A DNA stretch of 64,000 nucleotides, from positions 620,001 to 684,000 of the forward strand of contig NW_019028989.1 of NCBI RefSeq assembly GCF_002105155.1, read 5' to 3'. Below the pieces are notes generated by a model that ran no database searches, was not told the DNA's origin, and worked only from the letters and a program-made list of their open reading frames with translations. Made by a program: the position numbers and the translations under genes. Shown here in pieces: positions 41,701 through 53,405 of this stretch (positions within the stretch are counted from its first letter, which is position 1; every line of letters starts with the position of its first letter). The DNA is from Lobosporangium transversale. Its lineage: Eukaryota.

Positions 41701-44700
41701 TTTCCTTAAATGCCGCCGTCAACATTGGGTACTTCGGTATCGATCTTGCTTTGGACACCCATGCTTTGGCTCGAGTGGATGTACCTTCGATTACTATTTC
41801 GACTGCTAATAACCAACTTACTCTTGCTATCAAGGCCTCAGTCACTATCCAAGACACTCCTGAAATCCAGACTGATATTGCCAACTTGGTTGACTTCTTC
41901 ATGGCCAACAGCACTACGTCTCCTGTCAACAGTCTGGTTATCTCCAGACCTCTGCTTGGTGTTTCAGCCTCAGATAGCATTCAAACTTTTGCTCTCATCA
42001 AGGTTCCAGTTGGCTTGTCTGACTTGCTTCTGAAGGCTAGGGTCTATGTCAGCCAGCTGCTTGCCGGTCTTGGTGGACTGAACACGGACAATTTGGCCAT
42101 ATCTGGACTTGCCCTTGACTTGAACAGCCCTTCAGTCATTGGTATTCAGGGTGGTGTTCAAGTCAAAAACTTGACGTTACCGATTGATGTCAGCATCAGC
42201 TATGTTGGTGTCTCTTTGGGGTTGGATTCGACTCCATTAGCTGATGTTACTGTTCCTTCATTCACCTTGAGCTCAGCCAACAATGCTCTCAGCGTCAACT
42301 TCCAAGCCTTAGTTGATGTTAAGCAGGGTCAAGAGCTGAGCGGTCAGATCGCTAAGTTGGTTGGGTCTCTCTTATATCCTGGTCAAGTTACCCCACCTAC
42401 CAATGTTGTCATCTATGATCCCGTCTTTGGTGGTGATAAGGATCATTTGTTCCATATACTATCTAAGATCAGAATTAATATTGCCCTTGCTCCTTACTTG
42501 CAAAAAATCGGTGCCATTATCAATGGAGGCTTGGCTGGCGGCAGCAACTTGTTGGCTGGTCTCGACATTGGCTCTTTGATTATTGATCTCAACTCTCCTC
42601 AGACCATTGGCATTGATGCAGATATCTCACTAAAGAATATCACTATCCCTGCTGAGATCAAGCTGAACTATGTGGGTGTCAACGTTGCGATTGATACTGT
42701 CGGTCTGGCTCAGATCGCCGTCCCCTCATTCTCACTCAAGCCCTCAAATGGTGCCCTCGCGATTTCCGCTCATGTTGATATCGAAATTCTGCCCAGTGAC
42801 CAATTGACTGCTGCGATCACAAATCTGATCAGTGGTGTCCTTAAGAATCAGACCACGCCTGCCACTAACCTTGTCATTTCTGGTGCTGTCTTTGGTGGTT
42901 CGCCCACTAACGTCTTCACGATCCTTCAGAGCATTGCCATTCCCATCAATGTTGCTCCATTCATCAATCAGATCCCCGCTCTGATTGCTGGCCAGGGCTC
43001 GCTCTTGGACCGCGTCGCCATTGGTGAACTCATCGTTGACCTGAACTCACCCCAGACCATTGGCGTTGATACCTCGGTCTCAATCAAGAATGTCAATCTT
43101 CCTGCTCAGATCAAGTTGAATTATGTCGGTGCTAATATTGGAATAGGAGAGGTCCCTTTGGTTAAACTTGGTATCCCGAAATTCGCCATGAACCCTAACA
43201 ATGGCAACTTGGATATCTCGCTCCATCTCGACTTGGCTCTCCAGGAGAGCCAGGCTTTGACTCAAACGATTAACGGCCTCGCTCAAGTGATTCTCGCTGG
43301 CAAGCCTATCCCTACCACCACCTTGTTGATCTCAGGGGCTGCTTTCGGAGGCTCACCTTCCGATGTCTTCACATTCCTTCAGGGCGTCAAGATCCCACTA
43401 GATATCACTGCTTACTTGAACCAGGCTCTCACTTCGATCAACAGTCCTGGAGCTCCTTCATTATTGGGTAGAATTGGTATCTCAGATTTGGTTGTCGATC
43501 TGAACTCCCCTCAGGTTATTGGTATTGATGCCTCAGTCCTTGTCAAGAATATTACCCTGCCAGCTCAGATCAAACTCAACTACGTTGGTGCCAACGTTGC
43601 CATTAACTCAATCCCATTAGCTCAGGTTTCTGTACCTCAATTTTCGTTGGCGCCTCAAAATGGTGACTTGCTCTTAAAGGTCCATGTCAATCTGGCACTT
43701 CTAAGCAGCCCCGAGTTGTCCAAGACTATCTCTGGAATGGTTGGTGCTATCCTTGGTAATCAGACATTGCCTCAGACTGATTTGATCATCTCTGGAGCTA
43801 CGTTCGGCGCCTCGCCCACCAACTATTTCACGATTATCCAAGGCGTTATTATCCCCATTGATATCTCACCATACATTGCCAAGATCGGTGGCATGCTTGG
43901 CGGCGCTGGTTCATCGCTCAACGGTCTGAGCCTCTCGGGCTTAACAGTCAACTTGAACCAGGCTCCTACAATCGGAATTGATGTCAATGTCGTCATTCGC
44001 AATCTTGTTCTGCCTGCTAAGCTCAATGTGGGTTACGTTGGCTTTGACATTGGTATCAACAGTGTTCCATTGGTTGAGGTCGCTATCCCCAAAATCGAGC
44101 TTGGCTCCAGTGGCACTGATCTTACAATTTCTACTCATATTGATCTTACCTTGTCTGAAACGGATGCTTCTCAATCCCTTGTGGCCGCGCTCGTGAATGC
44201 CATTGTAGCTGGTCAACTTCCTCAAGGCACAATTATGATTTCTGATATTGCTTTTGGTCCTAGCAAAAATAATGTTTACACAATCTTGCAAGGGGTTCAA
44301 ATCCCTATCCCGATCTCGAAAATCCTCTCGTTCGTCCCTGCTCTTCCTGGTACCACTCCCGGTTCAATTCTCGACAAGCTGTCACTTCAGAGCGCAGATA
44401 TTAACATGAAGAACCCACCTAGGATTGGTGCAGATGTGGACATTGCTCTCCTTGGCTTCCAGTTCGATGCCAAGCTCTTGCTCAATTATGTAAGCATCAG
44501 TGCCTTCTTAGATCAGACTCCCTTGGCAACCGTCTCTGTTCCTGGCATCTCATTGGCTTCCGGCAACAACCAAGTTGAGCTCAAGATCCGCTCGCTTGTC
44601 GACTTAGCTAGTGGTGGTGAGATCCAATCCAAGATTGCTGCCATTGCTGCTCAGTTGATGGGTAATGGCGGTGCTCAAAATGTGAACTTGGTAGTCTCGA

Positions 44701-46073
44701 AGATTGCATTTGGAAGCAGCGCTGGTAACGTTTTCCATATCTTGGATAAGGTCCAGGTCTCAGTTCCGCTTGCTCCTTACCTTCAACAGCTGGCTGGTAT
44801 CATTGGTGGTGTTGCTGGTGGCAACGGTGCAGTTCCTCCATTCAACATCAACAAGCTGGATATCAGCGCTCCCGGTGCCAACGATCTCTCTATTGCAGTT
44901 GGTGCTTCCATTGGTGGCATTGGTTCTAAGATCTCCGTCCAGATGCCCTACGTTGGTCTTAAGGTATCCGCCGGTGGAGCTGGATTTGTATATCCAGCCA
45001 TCAACAACTTCCAACTTTCGAATGGTAATATTGCACTCACCCTTGATTTGCCGTTCCAGCCTGCAGCTCGTCAGATCGTTGCTTCGCTCTCGACTCCTGT
45101 TTCGCAACTGCTATTCTCAACTGTGGGTCAGGTCCCTGGCTCTGTAGTTGTGAACAGCATTGAGTTTGGTGCCTCTCCAAGCCAGGCTTTTGATATTGCT
45201 GCCAAGATTGGGCTTGAAATTCAACTAAACTCTATTTTCCAGAAGGCTCAGGCCTATATTAATGCCCACAACCCACTTCACGTAAACGTAATGAACACAG
45301 TCCTGACGACCACCGGCATCCAGGCTACGATCACTGTCCCCGGTGCTCCTCTATCAGTGCCACTCAAGATGAATTTCCCTATCTCACTCTCCGCTTACTA
45401 CAAGGGTGGTAGCCCTTTTATCGGTATCCAGGCTACATCTATATCCTTGGATCAGTCTCCATGGTCTCTCGGTGCTAACATCCAGACCATCCAACCTGCT
45501 TTTAGTCAAGCCATGGACGGTATCCTTCCCAATGCTCTCCAGTGGAAGAATGCTCTTCAGGATGTAACCATTGGAGGCTTGTCCTTGGGCGAATTTACCG
45601 CATTAGGTGAATTGAGGATTACTCCTCCTGCAGTCACGCTCTGGTCACCAATCACTATACCATTGGATCGATTGAAACTCCATCTAGTTCCTCTGGGCAT
45701 GGACTTTTCGGCCGTATTTGACAATCTCGGCCCACTACTAGTGGATTTAGGCACGATTAACGTTTTGATCAAGGATCGTTTCAACTCTGATGTAATCGAG
45801 ATTCAGAACTTGGGCGGACCTATCCGTCTCACCAATGGCAGAAATGATCTCGCTCTCAATGGATCACTCAAGTTCAATATCCTGCAGTTGCCTGGGATCA
45901 TTATCTCACTTCTGAACCCATCCGGCTTCAAGTTTATCTTCAATATGAGAACTTCGAGTGGCCAGCCCATGCCCTGGTTACAGGATGCACTCAATGGTGT
46001 CCCTGCCACTATCTTCAACAACCTGTTACCTATCCTCGCCAAGGCCTTGAGTAACATCAGGTTTACCATTTAA
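38732..46073 (+). CDS. Giant (~2369 aa) secreted or membrane-entering protein of ~150-aa hydrophobic beta-rich repeats (DUF3712/LEA_2/Tag1-like); exons 38732-39725, 39853-40989, 41095-46073
   Basis: Signal-peptide-like N-terminus (…SADA|AV). Recurring motif DLNSPxxIGID...KNxxxPAxxKLNYVG at ~450-470-nt spacing, plus NP.xxx.IPY/F motifs. Exon lengths sum to 7110 nt in frame. Confidence 0.8.
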
Positions 46074-46290
46074 ATAGTAAAAGCATACGGAGTATAAGAT
46101 AGAAATGGATGATCTCTTGGACAACACTATAGTTGCGAAAAGAAAAAAAAAGTCAAGTAATATCAAACGCATTTCTAGCTAAAGTCCAACTTATACATAG
46201 TACTAAATATCTTGATGCACACATTATTAAATTCCATTCTAATGAGAGAAGTAAATATTATTGCTATTATGTTTGTTGTCATTGTAATTA

Positions 46291-48968
46291 TTATGATGCG
46301 GTTGTTTCTTGATATTTCCATACAAGGACGCGATTGGACCAATCGACTGTAACAATTGTGCTCAGATCTTGTGACACTGCTGTATCTCGAAACAATTCGT
46401 TGGAATCAGGATGGGAGAGTGTCTACGTTTGTTGATAAAAATAAAAAAAAAGTTACTGAATCAGATCTTTCATATTATCATAATATAGCTTTGAGCGTCT
46501 AGGCCCATAAGTTAGACTTACACCGGATGGCTTCTCTGCAATAATATTGCCATCACGAGCGCGTTTAGGCTTACGGGCCAAATCGTACACTAGAACTTTC
46601 CCATCTGTGGAGCCTGCCACAAGAATGTTTTGCCTCATCTCTGTGAGGTTGTTGCTTTTCGCTCTCTTTTTTTTGGATGATGTTGTTGCTACTGTTGATG
46701 GCACCGCAATCATATTCTCTGCCAATGTGAACTTTGTCCAGCTCTCGGTGATAGACCACTCAAGAATTGTCTTGAGCTCTGCATCTGTTGCTGTACTCTT
46801 TGTAGCCTCCCAAATAAGGATCTCGCCTTGCGAATTCTCCCTCGATGCAAACACGAATTCTCCATCATTTTCATCTTGTTCAGATTCATCCTGAGTCTTA
46901 TCTTTCTCATCGTTTTTGCCTTCAATTCCTTCGTTACCGCTAGGTTTTGTGCGGCCTTGATTACGGATACGTCCTCGGGCACGACCTTGTCCATGTGAAC
47001 TGCTACTTCCATTGTGCGATTTCTTATTTGCCATTGCGCTCTTATTATTGATTTCTATAGCGCCTAAGTCTGCTTTGAGGGCATATGACTCTGAGGAGAA
47101 ATGTGGGATGTAGATGATTTCATCCACGGACGACTCATGCCACTCCTGCGATGGTGGGTATATCTTTTGAGGCGTGGCATTATACAGCGATTTTTTCCCT
47201 GACTCCAAATTCTTGTTGACTTCTTTTGCAAGTTTGAAAAGATTGTACTGGGCCATAAGTCCCTTCTCAGTTCCAAAAATCAGATACTTTTCTGAGACCC
47301 CAATCGCTGTCACTGATGAGCCGTCCATTCCATCAAACTTTGCAAGACAGCTAAAGTAAGCGTAAGTGGAAGTAACAAAGGTAGACCAGGCAAATTTGTT
47401 AGATTGGTTCATTATGATTCTCTGCTATCTTGGTAGTTGTTGACAAACACATACCGGGCTTCCTTCTCAAAGTTATGAGGCGACCCAATGTCCCAAAGTC
47501 GTGCAGTTCCATCCACGGAAGCACCTCCAAAAAAAAAAAAAAAAAAAAAAAAAAGGTAGGATACAGGAGACATGGTGAGAGGGCGCGATACGACCATTAA
47601 AGTTGTTGTCGTTCACAAAGTAATATAGTGCACCTTACTGAAAAGCCAACGCGGGTTGGTGAGCGAAAATTTTAGTCGAAGAATTGATGCTGTGTGTCCA
47701 TGTAAGTACTTGTAGCAAATCCCCTGTAATGGATTAATCAGTTTGATACTACCCATGCGGCCTAATCCAAAATAGACAAAGAGATATTAGAGGAAGGGAA
47801 GAGGGATAGACATATGATGGTATTGGGATGGCCCAAAGCACCAAAGTATGCTGTTCTCCTTCTTACCTGCCACTGCCAGAATATTGGTTACATCATGGCG
47901 ATCCGACAATCCTGACCTATACTCTTGCGTAAAAGTGCTCCAGTCTAAACCACCTTCACCTCCGCCCTCATCAAATGAGGATGCTAAAGTCGTCCATGCT
48001 AAACACATAAATTCTTCTTCCTCCAAATGGCTATACTTGGCTATGATCCTTCCAAGGCTACAATCAATTAAGCAAACAGTGTTACCGCCGCAAGTTGCAA
48101 CCAAGCTACTGCTCTTTTTCAGGTAACTGGCTCCGTCCTTTGAGATATGTTGTTTCTGCTCCAGTTTCCTCCTTCTCTGGATGCCTCCATCGTCATGCTT
48201 ATACTCATCCTCGGCTCCTTTATTACACTCCTTTTGCCCTTTCCCAGCACTACGTTCAACTTGGTTCAGATCCTGCACGTGAGTTCGAATACTTGATAAC
48301 GTTGGTTCAAATGCCACTGCCCAAATATCAACGCTATCATCTTCGTGCCCATCGTGGGTGCTTCTGGAATGCGCTCTAAGCATGTGCTTTAAAACGTACT
48401 CATTTGAGGATTCGGTATGAGTGCCTTTCAATTTACCCTTTTTGGAACTCAATACATCTAAAGGCAATGAAAATCATAATCAGTCCTGACTTATTAAAGA
48501 AAGCCAACAAATAAAAAAAGAAGGTACAGCGTATTCTTTTACCATGATCTTACCCAGGAGGTTGGGATAAGCCCACAGCGAATATCTGTTACCTTCGCTC
48601 TGGCCTTGGTTTTGATCCTCATCCTTAGTTTCAGTAATTTCCCTGGGTTCGCTTCGATATTGATCGATACTTTCAGTAAATCTATTTGAGGTTGCTTTCT
48701 TATCTTTTAAATTAGATGATTTGGAGTTTCCTTTCGAGTTATGTTTCGGCTGCTTAGCAACAGAGTTTGCTGTAACATCCTTCGCATTGCTGAGCTTAGG
48801 GATTTTCTTAGCACGTCGCGGTGTTGCTGTCAATGTTTCTGAGCTATCGAAACGTTCCACAAGGCCGAGTCGCTTTATTGACGCTTGGGAAGTCCCATCC
48901 TGAATGCTTCTGGAGGATCTCTGGACAGAAGATCCCATCTTTGACACGGCAGATCTTTTGGGCGGCAT
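46291..48968 (-). CDS. WD40-repeat protein resembling the LRWD1/ORCA WD domain, with a basic disordered N-terminus and no LRRs
   Basis: LRAHS...IWAVAFEP...VATCGGNTVCLIDCSLGRIIAKYSH.EEEEFMCLAWTTL...NILAVAGRMGSIKLI...GICYKYLHGH..SILRLKFS...LFSASVDGTARLWDIG. Last exon ends RVLVWKYQETTAS*, TAA at 46291-46293. Confidence 0.78.
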
Positions 48969-49014
48969 TCTTAAAAGATCATTAATTTAATCGTGTTCTG
49001 AAAATCGTTTTAAA

Positions 49015-49149
49015 GAGTACAGCACAATCTTGGCCCTATTACATCACTGAAAACAGTCACGTAAATGGTCCTCGACGCCTGCACTCCGAACTAGACTAGC
49101 GTGTTTGCTGACACGCAGATATTGTCTATACTATGTAAAACTATGTGAG
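49015..49149 (-). ncRNA. Putative Fanzor omega-RNA scaffold (5' end unknown; may extend into the CDS)
   Basis: Lies between the Fanzor stop and the element end. On the minus strand GAGUGCAG (49086-49079) pairs with terminal CUGUACUC (49022-49015) using a G-U pair. It encloses hairpin UUAC-GU-g-ACUG-UUUU-CAGU-g-AU-GUAA. A second hairpin GCGTGT/ACACGC (49099-49116) is closed by TAGAC/GTCTA. Confidence 0.6.
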
Positions 49150-52146
49150 CTACATATGCTCAATGTGAATTCTCTTGCTACCTCTAGGCTCCTCTCCTTG
49201 CTCGGTCGGCGTCTGTCGCTTGATCGCTCTCTTTTCTCCACTCTCCATGGAAATATTCTTATTTTTGTTTGGCACAAGGTAGGATGGTCGTTCTTGATAA
49301 AGAAGATGACCTTGGACAATGTTGGCTATGTTATGCCCTGCCATGATGTCTCTGTGCATAAATGCCTTGCAGCTGCTGCAATACAGTCGACAGATCTCAA
49401 CCTGACCAACAAATTCTTGACAGATAGGACATTTTTTTGAGGTGTAGTATTCGTTTACGCCAACAACGATGTACCCAAGAGATCGGGCCTAATGAGGTAG
49501 GAGAGCAAGATAAGTTACATTGTGACAACAACGGCAATATAAAGCAATGACCAACAGTTTTCCCATGGCTAGCTTGGCCGGCCACTGTTTCAACTACTAC
49601 TTGAAACAGTATAGCCACCGGCCAAGTTTATTTTGTAATATTGAGCGAGTCCTTACCTTATTCACAAAATACGATTGGAATGATTCGTGTAACGAAGACA
49701 GCCTGGTATTAGACGAAAACTTGCCAAGACCCACTCCGATCACCACCTTATCTCCTTCATTTACCTTCGTTCCAATTGACCCGCCAACCATCTTGAGCAG
49801 ACTGTTGGCAATCTTCTTGTATTCTTCAACCCGGGCCCTTTTCGCATCCCACCTATGTTTCTTGATGACATTGTTGCTGCTATAGAAGGAATCTAGGTCT
49901 TTCTCCACGTCTCTAAGCTTCTCAATGTAGTTTTTTATGCTTGAATCATTTCCACGAAGAGAAGGTAGGCTACCCCCAATGTCACTAATGGACTGTGAAC
50001 CGTAGACCGCTGCTGCCTTCCGCCGCTCCATCCAATGTCGGTATTTGAGAGTGGGCTAGTACGCTGCCTTCTGCTTGACGGCCAAGTTGTAAAATCTGGA
50101 TGTCTGGGTCGCCGTGTTGGTGAGCTCAGTACTTGGTAACAACGCGCTTGCTTCGACGATGAAAGACTGCCCTAAATCTAGACCTAAAATCTTGATTTCT
50201 TCTAGCTTGCAGCCCCAAAGGTCGGTGATATCTTGCTTAGTACTCACTACATTCCTTATCTCGGTCAAGAAATAGTCTGTGCCGCCAAGAGTGGAATTGA
50301 TTCTACAAGGTAATCTTTCCTCGGGAAGTCGCCGATATTTTACCGCATTGAGTTCGTTCAATTTGAATGCTAGCAATTGGAGACGAAACCCATCAGTTCG
50401 AATTGACCCTCGTAAAATATAACCGCGCTTGTCGTAAGTCTGAGGCCCGGGCACGAAGTCATCCTCTCGAATGTATCGAATGTGCTCTCTCATCATGCTG
50501 AGTGGCATTATGGAAGTTGTAGCCTTAAATCCCTTGTATTTCTTGCGCTCTTCCTCTTCAAAGCCACCAATGTCAGTTAGCAGACTTGTAATGAGATACC
50601 CAGGGTCCCTGCCCGAGAGCCACACTCTAAGGTCGGCTTTCGAGGGTGTGCAAGTGAAGTCACCTCTGGCATAACCTTGAAGTTCAGCTTTGAGCTCATT
50701 GTCTTGCCAAAAGATCTCAATCAGTTCTAACTCTGAGAGATTTATAAAGCCATCTTCAAAAGTGGACAACGGAGCAAGTTTTCGACTGTTATTGCAGATT
50801 TTGTTCAGGCGAACAAAGTTCTCTACTGCGGATATGCTAGGGTGCTTGTTATGTCTACAGGTAGCAGACCCTTGTTCTTGAGAGCTTCGATCTGTTATAA
50901 AAGGAATGAAGATATTAGAATATCATTCGCCGTTATCTTACTCAATGATAAAATTTGAGTGGGGATGATAGCACTCATTAGAGCTAGGCGCGCATACCTT
51001 TTCACAAAGTGCTTGTGCGCCCTCCTTGTAATGCTTCCTTAACTCAGCCTTGAGTTGCGTGGCAGTTGATCTCAGGATAACTGACCCTGGATAACGCATT
51101 CTTGTATTGATCGAGCCAGCATCTGCCATAGCTGGCAAAAAGTCCTTGGCCTTATGGATGAAGTTGAGCACATGAGGATCCTTTACGTTGCCAGTTGGGG
51201 GCCTCTTGTTATAGATACACACGAGAAGTGATAGCAGGAAGGTCGTGTTGGCATCATTCGTTTCGTTCTCATCATTCTCATCATTATCCTTCTCAGCTCC
51301 ATTGGGGCCTTCATTGCCGGCCACGCTCTTGCTAAATATACGTGGGCAGATAAGATCGAGCAGTTTTCTGTCTGTGTTGCTGACATCGGTAGCTGAAGCT
51401 GCTCAATGTACTGGCCAATAGCTCTCTGGCAAGTGCGTTTGGTCTTCGAAGCATGGCGAACGACTTCTTGGAGGCAGGCTTTAATCTTGGATCTCAATTG
51501 GGGCTTATCAGTCAATATTCTATTTAGGTTGCCGTTGACCGTCCCAATGTCAAGAGTCCTAGTTGGGTGTTCATACTGCATAGCCCTAACTAAGTCTGTT
51601 TTATCCATTTCGTCCACCGCTTTTTGTGGCTTTTTCGACTTTTCCTTCTCTTTCTTTTTCTTCTGCTTGTTAGAGTCAAGGGCATTCGTATTGGGATTGT
51701 CTTTGTATTTTCTCCCTGAAGAGTGAGAAGGAGGCCATTGGGCAGGAGCTCGGTCAACAGAGCGAAAGATATTGAATGTATCTGAGTGATTGTTCGACTG
51801 GGATGAACTATTGACGGAACCAATGTCCATGTGAAGGTTGTAAAGGCGGATTAGTTCGATGAAAATGTAGGGAAAAGGGATAAAAAGTAAGGCTAATGTC
51901 AGTGCATTACCTCTTGTCTATTCTCCCATTCACTTTTAATTGCTCGCGGATTGGCGCCAGTCTCTGTAGTAGGCTTTCATGAGTCGCGGGAACATGTATG
52001 GAAGTCTGAAATGCAACAGGAAGAGATTTTCTCTGTTGCAGATCCACGAAAACCCTTATAGAGTCTTCAAAATATCCGTCAGCTACCTCCTTTCCCCTCA
52101 CCTCATTGTGTCTCAAGTAATCCTGGATCATGTTCCTGGGATCTTT

Positions 52147-52183
<37 letters not shown>

Positions 52184-53038
52184 AGAGAGAGTTTGATGTG
52201 AAATTCAGTCTTTTAGAAGCGTGCAATCCTGTGGTATACCATTACCTTCTCCAACCTGCTCCTTGACAATTCTGTAGTTGGTGACACTTCCAAGCCGGGA
52301 AATGTTGCTTGTGTAGTCGTTCTTGCTCACGATACACAGCACCGTCAATTGCGATCGTGTAATGTTTAGGGTGGTGAGTACGTCTGCAAGCTTGTACACT
52401 AAAATGCGATCTCTTGAGATAGGGCGCCAAACCGTTGAGATATTCTTGTATGCGAGCATGTCACTGTCTCGGGAGACAACTACATCCTCGAGCTGGCAAT
52501 CAGTCGCAATAGCAACGTCTGCCTCGAATTGACATTCTTGAACAAGCCAGCTCTTGTTCCGCATGTATTTCGCGAATGATTCTCGTGCTTCTTTTGACCA
52601 ATGAAAGGCCTTATCCAACGCCTTTATTACGGCAACGAACTGTTTCTTTCGGACTCGACTCTTGCTTTGCACGCGTTAGTATAGTTCATCGAGCCCTTGT
52701 TGGGCGTCCATCAATGCCTTGGCTCGTACTTCCTCTCGATATATATGAGTATGTTTTTTTTCCTCACAGGCGTCACCGTCAAGATACAGGATAAGGTTTT
52801 CTGGTGTTCCATACTTCCCCAGCTCTCTTTCCATGATCTTGTGGGCTGTATCGAGGGAATGATTGGAATATGCGTTTTGAATTATGGGATGTAAGGTTCC
52901 TAGGACATCGAACCTTATGTAGGCGTTGCAATTGAAGGGATTGAAAGGATTAGAGGTGGCGCAGATTAACGAATGGTAGTGGAGAGTTGCCTCGTAGCCT
53001 GTCTTTAGAAGAAAAGACCAGAGGCCCTCGATTCCCAT
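49150..53038 (-). pseudogene. XPG/FEN1-like PIN nuclease fused to Fanzor/TnpB-like RuvC nuclease (~1140 aa reconstructed); introns 52245-52143, 51910-51808, 50997-50892, 49656-49489
   Basis: PIN motifs MGIEGLW, IRFDVLG, LYLDG, FEADVAI, SRDSDML, KNDY. RuvC-I ILGLDLG (D 50178-50176), RuvC-II plus zinc finger GVNEYYTSKKCPIC...YCSSC (E 49452-49450), RuvC-III HRDIMAGHN (D 49350-49348). Disabled by in-frame stops at 52678-52676 and 50058-50056 and frameshifts near 51397 and ~50850. Confidence 0.85.
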
Positions 53039-53405
53039 TGCTAAGAAGTGATATCAATATGGATATGGGAATATCGATGGAGCTGTTAGAGAGAAAGAGG
53101 TGTTGAAAAAAAATCGTGTGAATTTTTGCATGGTGTTTCACGTGGCATCTTTCCAAAAAAAAAAAAAATTGACTGGTGTGAACGGGCATGGTGTTTTTTA
53201 ACATAAAAATTGGCAAATACACTAGCGAGTCAGTGAAGCATCACACAAGGAACCGTCGGCGGCACTTGATGGCATTATCATTGTCAATATGAATATATAT
53301 AGATATATATATATGCCTAGCGCGCTGCCGCACCGAAGCAAAACTTACCAGTGCTTGCTGCGTGTTCTTCTCTGCTCTGTTTGAAATCTTGATCATAACC
53401 TAGGC

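Noticed and set aside
24654..48968. Co-location of CDC7, MGS1 and an ORCA-like gene as a replication gene cluster
   Set aside because: They are interspersed with unrelated genes, and there is no synteny or co-regulation evidence in the sequence.
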